From Pseudogymnoascus verrucosus (taxonomy: Eukaryota), in assembly GCA_001662655.1 (NCBI GenBank), contig KV460220.1: 64,000 nt of DNA; one strand, given 5' to 3'. Positions 10,214 through 24,196 of the stretch are shown in pieces; within the stretch, counting starts at the first letter, position 1, and each line of letters opens with the position of its first letter. The notes beneath the pieces are model-generated. The model made no database searches and had not been told where the DNA came from. It saw only the letters and a program-made list of their open reading frames with translations. The position numbers were made by a program, and so were the translations under genes.

Positions 10214-11600
10214 GGCTCTTGCGTAGGGATTTTTGCATTTATTAGTATGAGGGTTTGGTTAAAAGTTATAGCAATAGAGAGGGACACATTTGGTTATATG
10301 TCTACAACCTTGGCCCGGAGTTGATAGATAAAGTCATGGGGGATATATCATTATCCGGCTAGTGCAGAGGTTGACAGACGATTCCGGAACGCATCCCAAC
10401 TTCGGAAGAGCTATGTCGCAGCGGGGCGGAATGACCCACGAACATTAATTGACCCTACCATATTACAACACGATCTGGAACAACATGCAATTTCTAATGG
10501 AAGGAGAACTCAAAGCACCGCTAGTGCTATCGAGGCCTGATGCCTACGTATTCGAATACGCCACACCTGTGTCTACAATGCCTAATCCGAAAGGCTAAGT
10601 GACGAGAATATACATATTTACAAGATAGACTGAACAGCGAGAAAAGCAAAAAAGTTAAATCACCCTCTTCTAACTAGTTTACCCCCCTAACCACCTTTAA
10701 TTGTATTTAATACATAAGGAGAGACGCTATGGGCTATATATTAAACAAACCTTAATCCTAAAGAGAAGTAGGAGGGGTGAATTCTAAGACTAGATACTCT
10801 AGTTTAAGTTTTCTAATACGAGCGAGGGAATTGAACACGGAGTTTGTTGTAGACGTCTATGGTTGGACTGGAACGTCCGGTAGTAGATCTTGGGTCTGTC
10901 AATCTGAGTGGCTCGGAATTGTTGCTGGAGCAAAAGACGGCCACTAAGAAATGTATCGGCTTATTGGATCGCGGAGCTTCCACTTCCTAGCAGTCTGCTT
11001 ACGTAATCTCAACCCGTTAAATCCTTCCTACCATCACAATGCCAAACGCCGCGATATGTGCAAAACCTATATACTTAGAACAAACTGAGCATTCGTTGTA
11101 GCAACTCGGGTTACTTGTCTGTGTGCTTATTTATATACTCTTAGAGAATCGTCAAATATCGGCTTAATTGAAAATGAGATCCGTAATGAAACAGAGATAA
11201 TTTAGACAGTGGTTTACAATGCGGTTTTCAAAACGAATCTACAAACATATTTTATCGATTCACGGCATTAAAAGTGGTGCAACATCACTCTTAAGTGGCT
11301 ACCAATTTCAAATGATAAGTGAACCCAGCCGCGTGTGCCGTGCCCTACGGCTATGAACCCGCACGACAATGGAACCTGCCGTTTATATACTTCGCATGAC
11401 GCGTAGGATTTTACCTTTTCCAGGCACAGTCCTAGTTGAAGATCGTCTCTGGCCCAGCAAGCCTTATGTGATAGAGAGCGCTATTGATTACTGGATGCGG
11501 AACAGCCGGCCTCAATGAAATCTAGAACAGTAATTCCAATTTGCTCCCACTAACTCGCCTGAACTCAATTCTATGGCTTGCGCTAACCCGCTCAACCTGG

Positions 11601-11659
11601 GGTTGATTGCGGGGCCCCGCAACCAATCTAAGGGGGTGTTCATATATAAACACCCCCTT
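11601..11659. promoter_or_regulatory. Palindromic promoter elements upstream of the MFS gene (inverted CreA-type sites; TATA inside an 11-bp inverted repeat)
   Basis: ttgcggggccccgcaa perfect palindrome 11607-11622 (two GCGGGG = SYGGRG); aagggggtgtt-catatata-aacaccccctt 11630-11659. Confidence 0.5.
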
Positions 11660-11763
11660 GGTTTCGTCTAGAGAAGCGTGGCAAATCCTAATACTTAAAG
11701 GTACAGAGTCTCAAGAGTCGTGAGGATATCGAAAAATAAGCCCTTGCCAGAAATACCTCGAAT

Positions 11764-13777
11764 ATGATACGCAAGGTACAGGGTACTGAAGTCGGAATGG
11801 AAACACTGGATCAAAAGGTATGTCTGAATCCTGCAAGTCAGGGGTCCGGAATTGTGTTAGGTACTAATAAGTGCAGCAGACGGAAGATGCAGCGCATGTC
11901 GAAAAGATTGGAATTTCTCATGACAATACCTTGAAGAAGGCGTCTGATTGTATTACAATCTTGATACCTCAGCCATCTGATGATCCAGAAGACACGTTGA
12001 ACTGGAGTCAAGAAAAGAAATGGGTTATGTTGAGTGTCGTGGCGTACTGCGCGGTTATGCCTGATATGCAAGCTGCATTTGGAATACCACTTGTCCCTGC
12101 GCAAGCAATCGAGTGGGGCATCAGCATCGACGAGGCTGGACGCTCTGTATCAGGCTGTGTTTTTGTGAGTGACGATCGAGCATAAATTCTCGTTCACCGT
12201 CGTTATTAATCATTCTATGTGAAGATGATAGGAGCTGGCAGTCTCTTCTCAGTTCCGTTGGTCCAGCGCTTCGGGCGACTCCCAGTTCTATTCAGGTCGA
12301 TGTTCATATCTTTTTGGATGACAGTATTTGCTACACTTGCACCGAGTCCAATCAGTTTCATCGTGGCCCGTTGTCTTCAGACGACGTTCTCTGCCGCACC
12401 GCAAGTGATTGGTCTTTCCTTCATCTACGACTTGTGAGTCTCGAGCCTGCAATGTCACTGTTTAAATAGCCTACAGTTCCTAACCTTTCTTACTAGATTT
12501 TTTTTCCATGAGCATGCACGTGCTATTGGGATATGGGCCTGGGCCTTCGTCGAGTCGCCCTTCATTGGGCCATTGATCAGTAGCATTGTTGCCAACTTTC
12601 GACCTTGGCAAGACGCATTCTGGGTTTGCACCGCAATGACAGGGCTGGCATGTATCCTTGTGATAATGCTTGTTCATGAGACTCTATATGACCGAGATAT
12701 ATCTATTCAGTTACCCGAAAAGGCAGCTGGACCGCTCGTGCGAAGACTGGAAATGATTTCCGGTGCATACGGCGCCAGGGTCAAAGGGCGGCCATCATTA
12801 GCCAAGAGCTCTATGAGAATGCTGGTCATTGCTTCACGTCCTTACTTTTTCCTCATTCTTGGTGAGTGCGTATGGAACATATAAGTCCTATAGGCTAATT
12901 ACGCGATAGTCTTTTATGCAATGACTTTCATGTGGTCCGTTGGAGCGAATACAACCTTGGTATTATGCACTTATAGCCATACGATGTTCCTCTTGCTGAT
13001 CTGTGCCATTAGAGCCTCTTCCTTTTCAAGCCCGTCGCGGCTGGCGGTTACGGCTTTAGCCAACTGAGTGTCGGATTGATCTACTTTGCTCCCATCACGG
13101 CGACCTTTCTGGGTGAATTATTCGGACATTATTTCAGTGGGTTCTACAATAAATTGACTCTCGTATTAGTATTGACAGTTTGATAGATGATTTTCTCGCG
13201 CGCAGGTATATGCAGCGACACTCTGGCGTGTTTGAGCCAGAAGCTCGCCTCTGGGTAGTGTGGATTGCTACTCCATTTATGGTCGGCGGCCTCATATTAT
13301 TAGGCTTCTGTTTCGAGCTTCATTTTCATTGGGTAGCAATTGCCTTTGCCTGGGGCATCTATTGCTTTGGTACTGTATGTCTCGCAAACAAGAACAAGCC
13401 ACATTTGGTCAATACAGAAGACTAACATTCATCAGCTGATTTCGACGGTGGGTATTACAGCATATGCTTTAGACATCTTCAAAGACGAAGCAGCTGAAGC
13501 AGCGGCTTTGATCAACTTCTCGCGTACGATCTCAGGATTCATTGTAAACTATTTCCGTACGTTTCTATTTCCTCTGAACTTGCTAGAGAAGGTTAAATAA
13601 TACTAACAATGATCAGAGTTCGAGTGGGCAGCCAAAGTTGGACCAGCTGGAAGTTTTGGAACTCAAGGCGCTATCTGCTTTGTAGCCTGGGCGATAATAG
13701 TATTGGTCCAGTGGAAAGGTAAATCTTGGCGACAATCTTTCCTTCCATCGACTACACAACATGTACGAGAAATATAG
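11764..13777 (+). CDS. MFS transporter (DHA1/Hol1-like), multi-exon
   Basis: LIPQPSDDPEDTLNWS, FGRLPV, F..HEHAR..GIW and FEPEARLW motifs spread over several exons with GT-AG introns. Confidence 0.85.
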
Positions 13778-15094
13778 AGCTGTCATAGGACAGTCGAACG
13801 TGCTTTATAGGTGTAAGATGCAAGCTTGTATTCAATGCATGATGCTTCACAATGATATCTTCATCTTGTTCGTACACGAAGGCATTTGCGGCTCATTTAC
13901 ATACATTTCGCTCCATTCGTTTCTGCAGACGATTAGCTGGTATTGATGATTGCCCCGGAAAGCAAATTATAGAGTCAAACACTAACCACCACTAGATCAC
14001 GCTGCCTGATTTTTGTTCTTGTGTTTCTCTTCCCCTCTTGGTTCGCAGAAGTTTAAAAATATAGAAGTATTCAAATTATTTACACTTCTTATATCATCGT
14101 ACACATATACTTTGTTAACTTGGTTTGAACGTTTTCTAATTCCATGTTGTTGTGATTGACTACAAGAATCGATCGTTTTCCGCATATTGTCGTCAAGCTG
14201 AGTGCTTACGATATCGAAACGCAAGATTTTGTCTCCGAGATAATAGCATCAGCAAACTGCAAACACCGTGCAGGGTATATCCCGGCTACTTAGTGACCTG
14301 AAATTCCCAACTAATCAACCTATTTTGGAGTCCATACAACCGATGACGGATGCGATGAGTTATTGTTAGGCGACATCATCTGGATAGTGCGCCACTGCCG
14401 AAAATGGCCGATGCTGGGACTCATTATATTTAAATGCTCCCATATGAAAACTCTTGGCCGACTGAGCTTCCAAGTGATGGATTGAAGTTGTAGGGGTTTC
14501 TCCACCTCGAGTTGCCTCGGGATGAACCCGGTCCACAACCTCCCTGCGACCTCCATACTTTGTAAACATCTCAACTCGACACAACCTTCCCCGCAAGTAC
14601 GGAAACTAGTGCCCAGAGGTCCCGCAATTGGGCTGATGGGTTCTGAGTTTCGAAACCTGGGCGAATAATGTGAATTTGCCTGAAATTCCAAAAAGGCTGT
14701 GAGCCTTGGCATTTCTCGGGATTTTTTTGGCGCAAATTGATCGGAAATCTGTTGGACAGTCGTACGAGCTGTCATTCGACCACCGAGAAACTTGTGGAAG
14801 CCATAAAATAAATAGCCAATCACAACATTATATGGCTAAATGGTACTCTTGTAAGGCCAAACCATATTATTGGGTTTACGGAGCGAATGCAACTACTCAG
14901 TTGTGCAGGACTGAGGTCTCGAAGGAATCGATTGGCTAGGGTTTATCCCACGGGAGCTTCGTATTGAATCGCTTCTAATAACGCACCTGTAGGCACTTGT
15001 TAACTTGCATTGCCTGCCTTAAAGCTGTGCACCTAATAACAGTACGACTCACTCAGTGAAATTTAATAAAAACAAAAACTAGACACAAGCAAAC

Positions 15095-16818
15095 ATGGGC
15101 TCATCAATGAACGTTCTCGACGACGAGTTGAACATTGTTGTGATTGGAGCAGGACTTGGTGGACTAGCTGTAGCTTTGGCGTTAAGGACTGCAACATCAA
15201 GACATGTCATCACTGTTCTGGAGTCTGCTCCGGCATTGGCTGAGGTAATATCATGCTCCCAAATTCGGTAAATTAACAGTTGCGCTGATGCCTCCTTTCA
15301 GATCGGTGCCGGATTACAAATAACTCCGAATGCTGCAAAGTTACTTATACGATGGGGTTTGGGAGACCAATTACAGAAAGTCACCACCGTTCCCGAGCAA
15401 TTTACGATTTACAGATATAGCAATGGCGAAGTCTTAGGCAAACGCGACAACTACGGCGCGGAGATGCTAGCAAAGTACGGGGCGCCATTCTGGGACGTCC
15501 ACAGAGCCGATCTTCAGATTGCAATGTATGAGCGAGCAAAGAATCTAGGAATCAAATTTCGTTTTTCAGCCCAAGTTGAGAGTTACGATTTGGCGACTCC
15601 AAAGGCAATTCTTCAGGGCGGAGAGGAAGTCCATGCTGATTTGATAATTGCTGCAGACGGTAAATCCATAAGTTTCCTAGTTAAGCTAAAACTAGACTAA
15701 CAATAGTTGCATCATCGCAGGCTTATGGTCGCGATGTCGTTCCAGTATGCTTGGCTATATCGCTTCGCCCACCCCAACCGGCGACCTTGCGTATAGAATA
15801 GTGCTCAATTTTGATCAAGTCAAAGATCCTGAGGTGCTCCGGTTTCTGTCCAAGCCGCAGGTCCACTTGTGGGCAGGCCCCGATTGCCATGCGATCTACT
15901 ACCCCCTACGAAACAATACCATGTGTAACATCGTCCTGTTAGTGCCGGACAATTTACCAGAAAACGTAGCTAGAGCACCGGGGAGCATAGATGAGATGAA
16001 GGAAATTTTTCGCAACTGGGATCCAATGTATGTCTTTTTGTTTTCTTCTTTGTTACAGAAATTGCTAATTTACTATAGATTACAGAAGCTGCTGAGTCTA
16101 GTAACGGACGTGGATAAGTGGAAATTGATGCATCGTCAGTAAAACCTTGCGTTATATGCTAAGCTCTGTAGTCGCTAACGCCCATCTTATACAGGCGAAG
16201 AAATGGACGCATGGTCGAATGAGCATGCGACCGTCGCCTTCCTAGGTGATTCATGCCACCCAATGCTCCCATATATGGCCCAGGGAGCCAATTCTTCTAT
16301 CGAGGACGGCGCTGCGCTAGGTGTGTTGTTATCGAAGCTTTCCAAAAAGGAAGACCTAGCTTCTATTCTACAAGTCTATCAAGATCTCCGCAAGCCAAGG
16401 AGTACAGCAATTGCGAAATCTAGCGAAAAGCAGGTAAGCTGTTGTTACTTCTCCAACTGAGAAGCGTTACTGATGACAAATCTTGTAGAGATACTACAAT
16501 CATCTCCCTGACGGGGCGGAGCAGAAAGTGCGAGATGCGTTGATGAAATCGCAGATTCAGGAACCGCAACCTGGATATCCATTCTATTGGTAGGCAAAGG
16601 TCTTTTTCTACTCTTCCTACTTAGTCCTGCTAATTCGTTCTAGGATCGATCCTCAAATGCAGTCGTGGGTTTACGGGTATGACGCAGATTTAGAGGTAAG
16701 ATAACACTTTGTCCATCAGAAAAAGCTAACGCGGCTGACTTTCTACTAGGCACACACTGCATGGGATAAATTTCTGAAAGACTCCAAACAGAAGACACTG
16801 CCAGGGGCACAATTGTAG
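15095..16818 (+). CDS. FAD-dependent aromatic monooxygenase (salicylate hydroxylase-like)
   Basis: GAGLGGL Rossmann motif, EIGAGLQITPN, IAADG and LGDSCHPMLPYMAQGANSSIEDG fingerprints; several introns. Confidence 0.9.
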
Positions 16819-17763
16819 TGCAAAAACACGACGAAAGGGCTTGGAATATATGGAGAGGAGATTCTGAGGTCACTGGGATGACGTCAATTCTTGACCAAAA
16901 CTAGATTATGCAAATGCACCTTCAGCCACTGTAAATTCCAATGTGTAAATGGGTTTAAATTGAGTGTCTAATCCATTCGCTCCTGTCTATGGACTCTGTC
17001 TGACCTCGTGAGCGGGCTAGCAATTCAAATATATTCTTGAATATCTAGCGATATTCATATCTTCGGTAACCATGCTCATGAAAATGATGATATCATATAA
17101 CCGTAGTAAGAAAGCCTTCAAGATTTGCGATATTAAATTCGCTATCGTCGCGCGGTTCCGACAAGCCCCACAGCGGGGAAGTGGAGGAAGCTTATTATTC
17201 CGCGCACATCAATGAGACGGCAATATAAATATAGTCTCAGGAACTCAAGGAAACGGGGGGTTTAGAGGAACTATGAGCTCAAGGGAAACAACCAGACAGG
17301 CAGTTGCGGAATAGAGTGACGTTAATCCATTGATTGAGTGCAGCTCCTAACTTTTACTTCTCTGTCATCATTACCTCCTACAGTGCCTGCCAAACCAACT
17401 GTTCACCCTTCAACAATGCTTGTAGAACTTTTATGGAGAGAACATCTTACCTTTTGCGGTCCTAAACGCATCAAAACCTGTCATAAGCGACTGATGGCGA
17501 GGTTAGCACAAATTGACGCACGCGTGAAAATTTCTTCGCCCGTCATTACCGGCTACGACTATATAGTGTTTCGTAGGGATATATTCTGATATTTCTAGCT
17601 GATATCTCATGGTTTACAAACCCGAAACCCCTTGTAGTCGTTCCGAAGAAGGTTTCAACAATTGAGGGTTCCTGGTGTTGACAAATTTCCAACTGCGTTG
17701 ACCTGAGAATTCCGTTGATATGAGAAAGCCATAAGAGTTGTTAAAATGCACCAATCAAAGAAA

Positions 17764-19683
17764 TTAAGAACCACTCCGTAGCGAGTCTGCGTACGCAGCT
17801 TGGATCACTGCCTTACGCTCCGGTGAACGAGGTTCAATGTTTGCAGGGAAGTCGTTTGGCTTTGAGTTGAATCCTGCGCAGCAAATATTAGCTTCAGCCA
17901 ATCGCAGATGGGAATAACCGGTTTTTGATTAACTTACCAGTAGTGAAATCCATTGTGTCAATCTCAACCTCTTTCCCGTTGGCATCCACGGCACGACTGA
18001 AATTGAAGCCCCAAAGCAGTCGTGCAATGACAATAAACATGCTTCTTTCCCCAATATGCTGACCAGGACATGCTCGCCTACCGAAGCCAAAAGCCCAGTG
18101 GCCTCTCTGGGCGCCATATTCTACGCCTTCACTTTTAGTGGCCGTCGGAAAAGATTCGTCAATAAATCGATCGGGGTTAAATCTGTCGGGCTCGGGGTAA
18201 ACTACAGGATCCATGTGTATGGCCCTGGGTAATCTAATCAGCTTGGGCATTACAGCGAGGATATATGCGATAGACCTACCAGCTATTGCCAATTACCGTC
18301 GAGTTTGCTGGGAGGAAATAGTCCTTGTAGTAATCATCCTCGATCAAGAGGTGTGCAATACCTTTCAGGGGGTAAGCTCACGCCATGAGAACAAAGAAAA
18401 CAGCCTAAGGGGGACATACCAGATGCTACGATCGGCCTCCATCGAAGTGCCTCCTTCGCGACAGCATTGATGTATGGGAGATCATCTTGGTCGTCAAATT
18501 GCGGAAGCCGGTCACCACATACTTTATCCAATTCTGCCTGGGCCTTTGCTAGGACCTCAGGGTAGACCAAAAGCGCCATGGTCAATGTCTCCAGCGCTCC
18601 TGACGTCGTCCCGCTGCCTGCCTCGAACATGGTACCGCAAGCGTAAGCACCTTCCTCTTCGGTAATACCACGATTCTCCATACTGGAGACAATTTCCTTA
18701 GCAAAGCAATCCGTGACTGAATCGTGGAGATTCATTTTCTCTCGGATTTCGTTGATAAGTTGCATGAAAAGGTTGTACTCGAATTTATGAGCTTGCTTGC
18801 CGATTCTTTTGAAGGGGGCGAGAATGCTTGGCAAATACCTCAGGATAGGTAAGGAATCGGCAAGAAAGGCTCCTGGCTTGGCGATACTAAATGAAAAGTA
18901 CATTAGACCTGGCCTGCTTATTTGTCTGAGCTAATGAAAAATGGGAGGCTGTCATACTGCTCTAGTGTATCATTAACTTGCATGATGTTCTGTACGTAGT
19001 CTTCCTTACCCGTACGAACTTCTTTATCATATGTAAGGCCCATAATTAGCCCGCTAGCATATCGATAGTAGTGCCTTGCGAAGTCGGTAGGTTCGTCCAG
19101 TAAATCATTGATAAGTTTTAGTGACTCGCGGCTCTGTCTTGATTGATATTCTGTGGCCTTCGTTGGCATAGTCATCTGATGAATAAACTTGCGGACTCGG
19201 CGCCAACGAGCTATAAGCAAGCGTTAGTTACTGCGTGACATTCTGCAATTTAGGTTGAATTTACCTCCATATGGCATGAGCAACGGACGCAAATGGTCGG
19301 ATAAGACTTCGGAAGCCATATACGTCTGTGGGCGCGAGGAGTAACTATAAAGAATACGTTAAGAGTGCCAGGGAGTTATGGTGACTGTGAACTGACATTT
19401 GACCTCTTCTCTCCAGCAGCTCTTTGACAGTTTCGCTGTTAGAGAGCACGATCAACCGCTCTTTACCCATTTTCACTTCCATTATAGGACCGTACATGTC
19501 CGACCATTCTTTAAATTTGCGCCATGGATAGTCCTCGGGAATCTGATGGAGGTTTCCGATTATTGGAAGACCGGGTGGTCCGGGAAGCGGTTTGCAACCT
19601 TTGGGGAGTGGGCGGCGTCTTTCGCGCATGTAGTTCAAAAAGAACACCCCCCCAAGAAGGATCAGCCCCAAGAATAATAACAT
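17764..19683 (-). CDS. Cytochrome P450 monooxygenase
   Basis: N-terminal anchor plus PGPPGLPIIGN; I-helix AGSGTT; KEALRWRP (ExxR); FNPDRF; heme motif FGFGRRACPG. Confidence 0.93.
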
Positions 19684-20142
19684 GGTCCGTTTTACAAAGG
19701 TCTTGAATCAATACCTCACAGGTTGTTCAAGACTTTCTGTTCTTATATGTTCGTCTCCCTCGGCGTTAACTTGGACCCCAGTTTCTTATACATACAAGGC
19801 TACCAACAGATCGTCTACTTGATTGGATAAGAATCTAAGGGCCAGATCTGATTGGATTGCGGAATTCCCAGCATGCTTGATTTTGGCAACTAGTCCCGGC
19901 CGGGTGGACCCATTATTTGAGTGAATACCACAAGTCCACATATTCGACCATCCGGGATGTGCGTAATAGCGTCACTTCTTCTTGAGTGATATGGATTTAA
20001 TCACCCACGAGCGTTGGTCATAAGCAGCTTGCATACTATTTCGTATCCAAGTTTTTAAAACCACAATTTTTCAGCGATTGTTTCTAGCACCTATCAGTTG
20101 CCGCTCTCTGAGACGTCTTGAGAGCAAGTCCCTTCCTTCATA

Positions 20143-21431
20143 ATGGTTACCGCCACAGCTCTTGTCCTTAAGGCTGCGAATTCAAATTTTCAAGTTGAGC
20201 GCGTGGAACTGAAACGCTTGCAGCCAGAAGAGGTGCTTGTTGAACTACGAGCAACTGGTGTATGCCACACAGACATTTCTGTCCAACAGGGCAAGATTGA
20301 GGCAGTTTTTCCAGTTGTGCTGGGTCATGAAGGTATTATATAGCCATCTTAACGTGAGTAAACCTTCAAAGAGATCTGGCTAATCACCTATACCACTCAG
20401 GGGCTGGAATTGTTAGAGAAGTGGGTGCCAACGTAGATAATGTTCAAGTTGGGGATCATGTGTTGCTATCCTATTCCTACTGTAACCAATGCCGCCACTG
20501 CCAGAGGGGGAAAACATACCAATGCGTCAAGATGGCAGAGCGAAACTTCGCTGCCTGCCGCCCAGATGGCTCTTCGCCAATGGAGTGGAGAGGAGCATCT
20601 CTGCGTGGTTGTTTTTTTGGTCAATCATCATTCTCGAGCGTTGCCCTTGTTCAAGCAACATCCTGTGTGAAGGTCGATAAAGACATGCCCTTAGCAAGTC
20701 TGGCGCCTCTAGGGTGCGGCGTTCAGACAGGAGCTGGAGCAGTTTACAACGTCCTCCGACCAGTGGATGCCGGCATGCAATCCGTGGTCATCTTTGGAAT
20801 CGGCGGTGTTGGCAGTGCGGCTATCATGGCCGCCAAGGTCATCAGTGAGGATCATGCTGGGATCTTGACTACGATAATCGCAGTTGATCTCAGCGAGAAG
20901 AGGCTTGAGCTTGCAAAACAACTTGGTGCCACGCATGTTATAAATCCGTCCACGACTGAGAGCGTCGTTGAAGCCATTCACAGGGTCACAGACCCAGACG
21001 GCCTCGAAGGAGCGATTGACTGCACCGGGGTTGTGGCCGTCATCAATGACATGATTGTTGCTCTGGGCCCTGGTGGACGAGCAGTCACCATCGGTGCGCC
21101 ACCTGCATCTGCTAAGATGTCTATCCAAGTATTCCCGTTCATAAATGGCTGCAAAAGCTATGAGGGTTCCAACGCTGGCAACAGCAATTCGAGTGAGGTA
21201 GCTAACCCTTACCTGCTCCACCCTGTCCTTCGCATGCTAAATTTTTTAACTGCTTAGTTCCTCCCATTCCTTGTTGAACTTTTCCGCCAAGGTCGACTGC
21301 CGATTGAGATGTTGCAAAGGCAATATAAGCCGACCGAAGTGAACGAGGCAGTCGCGGCCATGTTGGAGGGCAAAGTGGTGAAGCCGGTCATCCTCTGGCC
21401 AGAAGAGCAAATTCAACTAGTGGGAAATTAG
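20143..21431 (+). CDS. Zn-dependent aryl/benzyl-alcohol dehydrogenase (MDR family)
   Basis: GVCHTD, LGHEG, structural Zn CNQCRHC...C, FFGQSSF and APLGCGVQTGAG motifs; two introns. Confidence 0.9.
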
Positions 21432-22141
21432 GTCCAAATGAAATCAGGGATGAGGAGGGTGATAGTGAATAACTCAGAATTTCCAATACCGATTGTTGTT
21501 TGTTTGCCTCAGGTAGATATTATGCTCGTATAGTGTGTACGTACACCGCACTTACTGTATGAAGGTACTGATATCATCACCATGCTACCTAATAAAAACA
21601 ATGCCATATTCTTCATGGAAAACCGCCGCACGTAAATGGCGAGGAGATGCGTGAGGTGAGCTTGAACGTCTAAATGATTGGCTTGGGTTATCCGCCTGGT
21701 ACCCTGGGTTCTTTCCAGCTAACCCGTGGGGCGGAAGCGAACTACGTTACTGTTGTAGGTGGGGGTACGGAGATCCACAGCCGTCATTTTAGGGCCAAAA
21801 TGCCCACCATATCCCATGGTGCTCATCCTCTTCTCCCTAACAGCAGTTACAGAGGCGAACCCGGGTCACGCCGTACCGCTCCCTCACTAACTATTTGCCT
21901 ACAAAACCTCAATATAGTGGGGTAATTTAAGTAGTAGCACTATGTACTGTAAGTTACTGTAAGCTATATTATAAACTAGAAATAATGGAAGGTAAGTACT
22001 TACTAGGGAACACTTTTAAATACTACGCCATTAGCATCCATCCCCTAAATATATATATCTCAACCCGCTCATACAACCCATATTATTGCTCATCCTAAGC
22101 AAAAGTAATTAGCGGCCATCACAGTACATCAGCCAGCCATC

Positions 22142-23305
22142 ATGGACCCCACAGAAGTAAATATCCCCGACGTCAAGGATATGAACATCGACAACATCAC
22201 TAAAAACACCATCCTCATAAATTCTCAGGGGCCCAACGCACGAGTGAAGTACTTGTTTGAGCGCCTGGTCACACATTTGCACGATTTCGCCCGTGAGACG
22301 CGCTTGAGTACGACGGAATGGAAAACAGCGCTAGACTTTTTGGTTTCGGTTGGACAGATTAGTAGCGATGTGCGACATGTACGTGCTTTCTTTGCAGAAA
22401 ACATCCATGAGGGTTTTTGAGGAGCATAGTCTGATGGCACGTAACACAGGAATTTATCCTGCTCTCAGATATTCTAGGACTTTCCCTCTTAGTCGACGCT
22501 ATCGACCACCCCAAACTGCCTTCTAGCACCGAAGGGTCGGTTCTCGGGCCCTTCCACAGCCATGAGGCCGAGACAATCGAGTCCGGAAAGGATATTTCAT
22601 CGGATCCGAATGGAGAGACATGTCTTGTGATCTGCACCGTCAAGAATCCATCTGGTGCCCCGATTGAAGGCGTAAAGATCGATATTTGGGAGACAGATTC
22701 TAGTGGGCACTACGACGTGCAGTATTCTGAGCGCGAGGGACCGGATGGACGATGTGTCATGAAGTCTGATAAGGACGGGAACTTCTGGTTTAAGGCCATC
22801 GTCCCTGTCAGCTATCCCATTCCGCATGATGGTCCTGTAGGTCAACTTTTAAAGCTGCTCCACCGACATCCTTGGAGGCCGGCTCATATGCATTTCATGT
22901 TCGAAAAGGAGGGCTGGGATCACTTGATAACGTATGTTCTCTCTGCTTCGCTCTTTATGCTCTCTTCCCTTTTTCATCACGCCATGATAGTGACAATAGT
23001 ACCACCTGAACTGATGCTCGCTCCATAGTGCATTATACATAACCCCGGACCCGTACCTTACATCAGACGCCGTATTTGGAGTGAAAGACTCGTTGATTGT
23101 CAGCCTAGGCAAAGTGTCTGCCATACAAGCAGCCGAGTACGGCGTCCCAGAAGGAACCGCTTTGATAACGCACGACTTCGTACTAGTATCGGATAAAGAG
23201 ACGCAGAGTTTAAGAGATCAGAACGCATTGAAAGCAGTGGCCGACTTGTTTCCTGGGAAGAAGATGAAGCTACTGGACCATTTGCCTGTGCCGGATGTCG
23301 ATTAA
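22142..23305 (+). CDS. Intradiol ring-cleavage dioxygenase (hydroxyquinol/catechol 1,2-dioxygenase family)
   Basis: LVTHLHDFARETRLSTTEW, EFILLSDILGLS, TEGSVLGPF, GHYDVQY, YPIPHDGPVG and RPAHMHF motifs; two introns. Confidence 0.93.
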
Positions 23306-24196
23306 GTTAGTGGAGAGTGTCTCATGTCTGAGGAATCGTTGAGATTGCAGCTGCCTATTCCTTGTTAATTTTGTGGCTCTGAATGGGAGCGGTGGAAGTC
23401 ATGGCGTTGCTCTATGTGCGTTGATAACACGCCATACCTATCGAGCCTGTAGCCTAGAAAAGCATTATGGTTAGAAAAGCCGCGAATCTCAAACCTCAAC
23501 TATCATTTGTGTCACGAGTGAAGATGTTACCTGCTGCAACGAAACTTTGCCTCCTTGCCTTCAAATGTGCGCAGATTACAAAACACTCAGACATTTTGCC
23601 ATCACATGCCAAACCTGCAAATAGTTGCAATTTGTTACGCCTCGCTCATACCATGAGCATAGCTAAAGTACATTGCCACACCGAGCTTTCTTGAAGCAAC
23701 TACACAGAAGCACCAAGCAGCAATAAAGCAAATTGAGTGGCCCTCCTCACTTGCATACTTTCTATTTCTGCTGTTACTTTACTGAATTATCGAGAAGCTC
23801 TGGTGAACTGACCAGCCTTTTTCATGCTTGTCAATTGGTCACTGCCGTAAAGACGATAGAATGTCGAATCCAAGGGAGGCTCCAGACGTACTGCCTGGTG
23901 TACTATGGTAGAACCAGAAAGCTGGGCTGTGCCCGGCCGCCATACACAAGGACTTTTATGAATGTTCTTAGTCGAGACTCGCCCCACATGACTCCCGAAA
24001 ATCATATGGGGTAGGCGGGGATGACCCATGCTCCACATAGTTATCTAATCGTAGTCGTAAGCGGAGTGCGTCTGCGAGAATTGTTGAAGCGAAGTGCGTC
24101 TGCGACCACCAATTTTTGTAGGTACCTTTACATAATAAATTGTATAGAAAGGTACATAGATCAATTTATTTATTTGCGAAATTATCACTTTTACTC

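Noticed and set aside
10310..10430. CGG triplets as binding sites for the cluster Zn2Cys6 factor
   Set aside because: CGG/CCG pairs are present in several cluster promoters, but I could not establish a consistent spacing by eye
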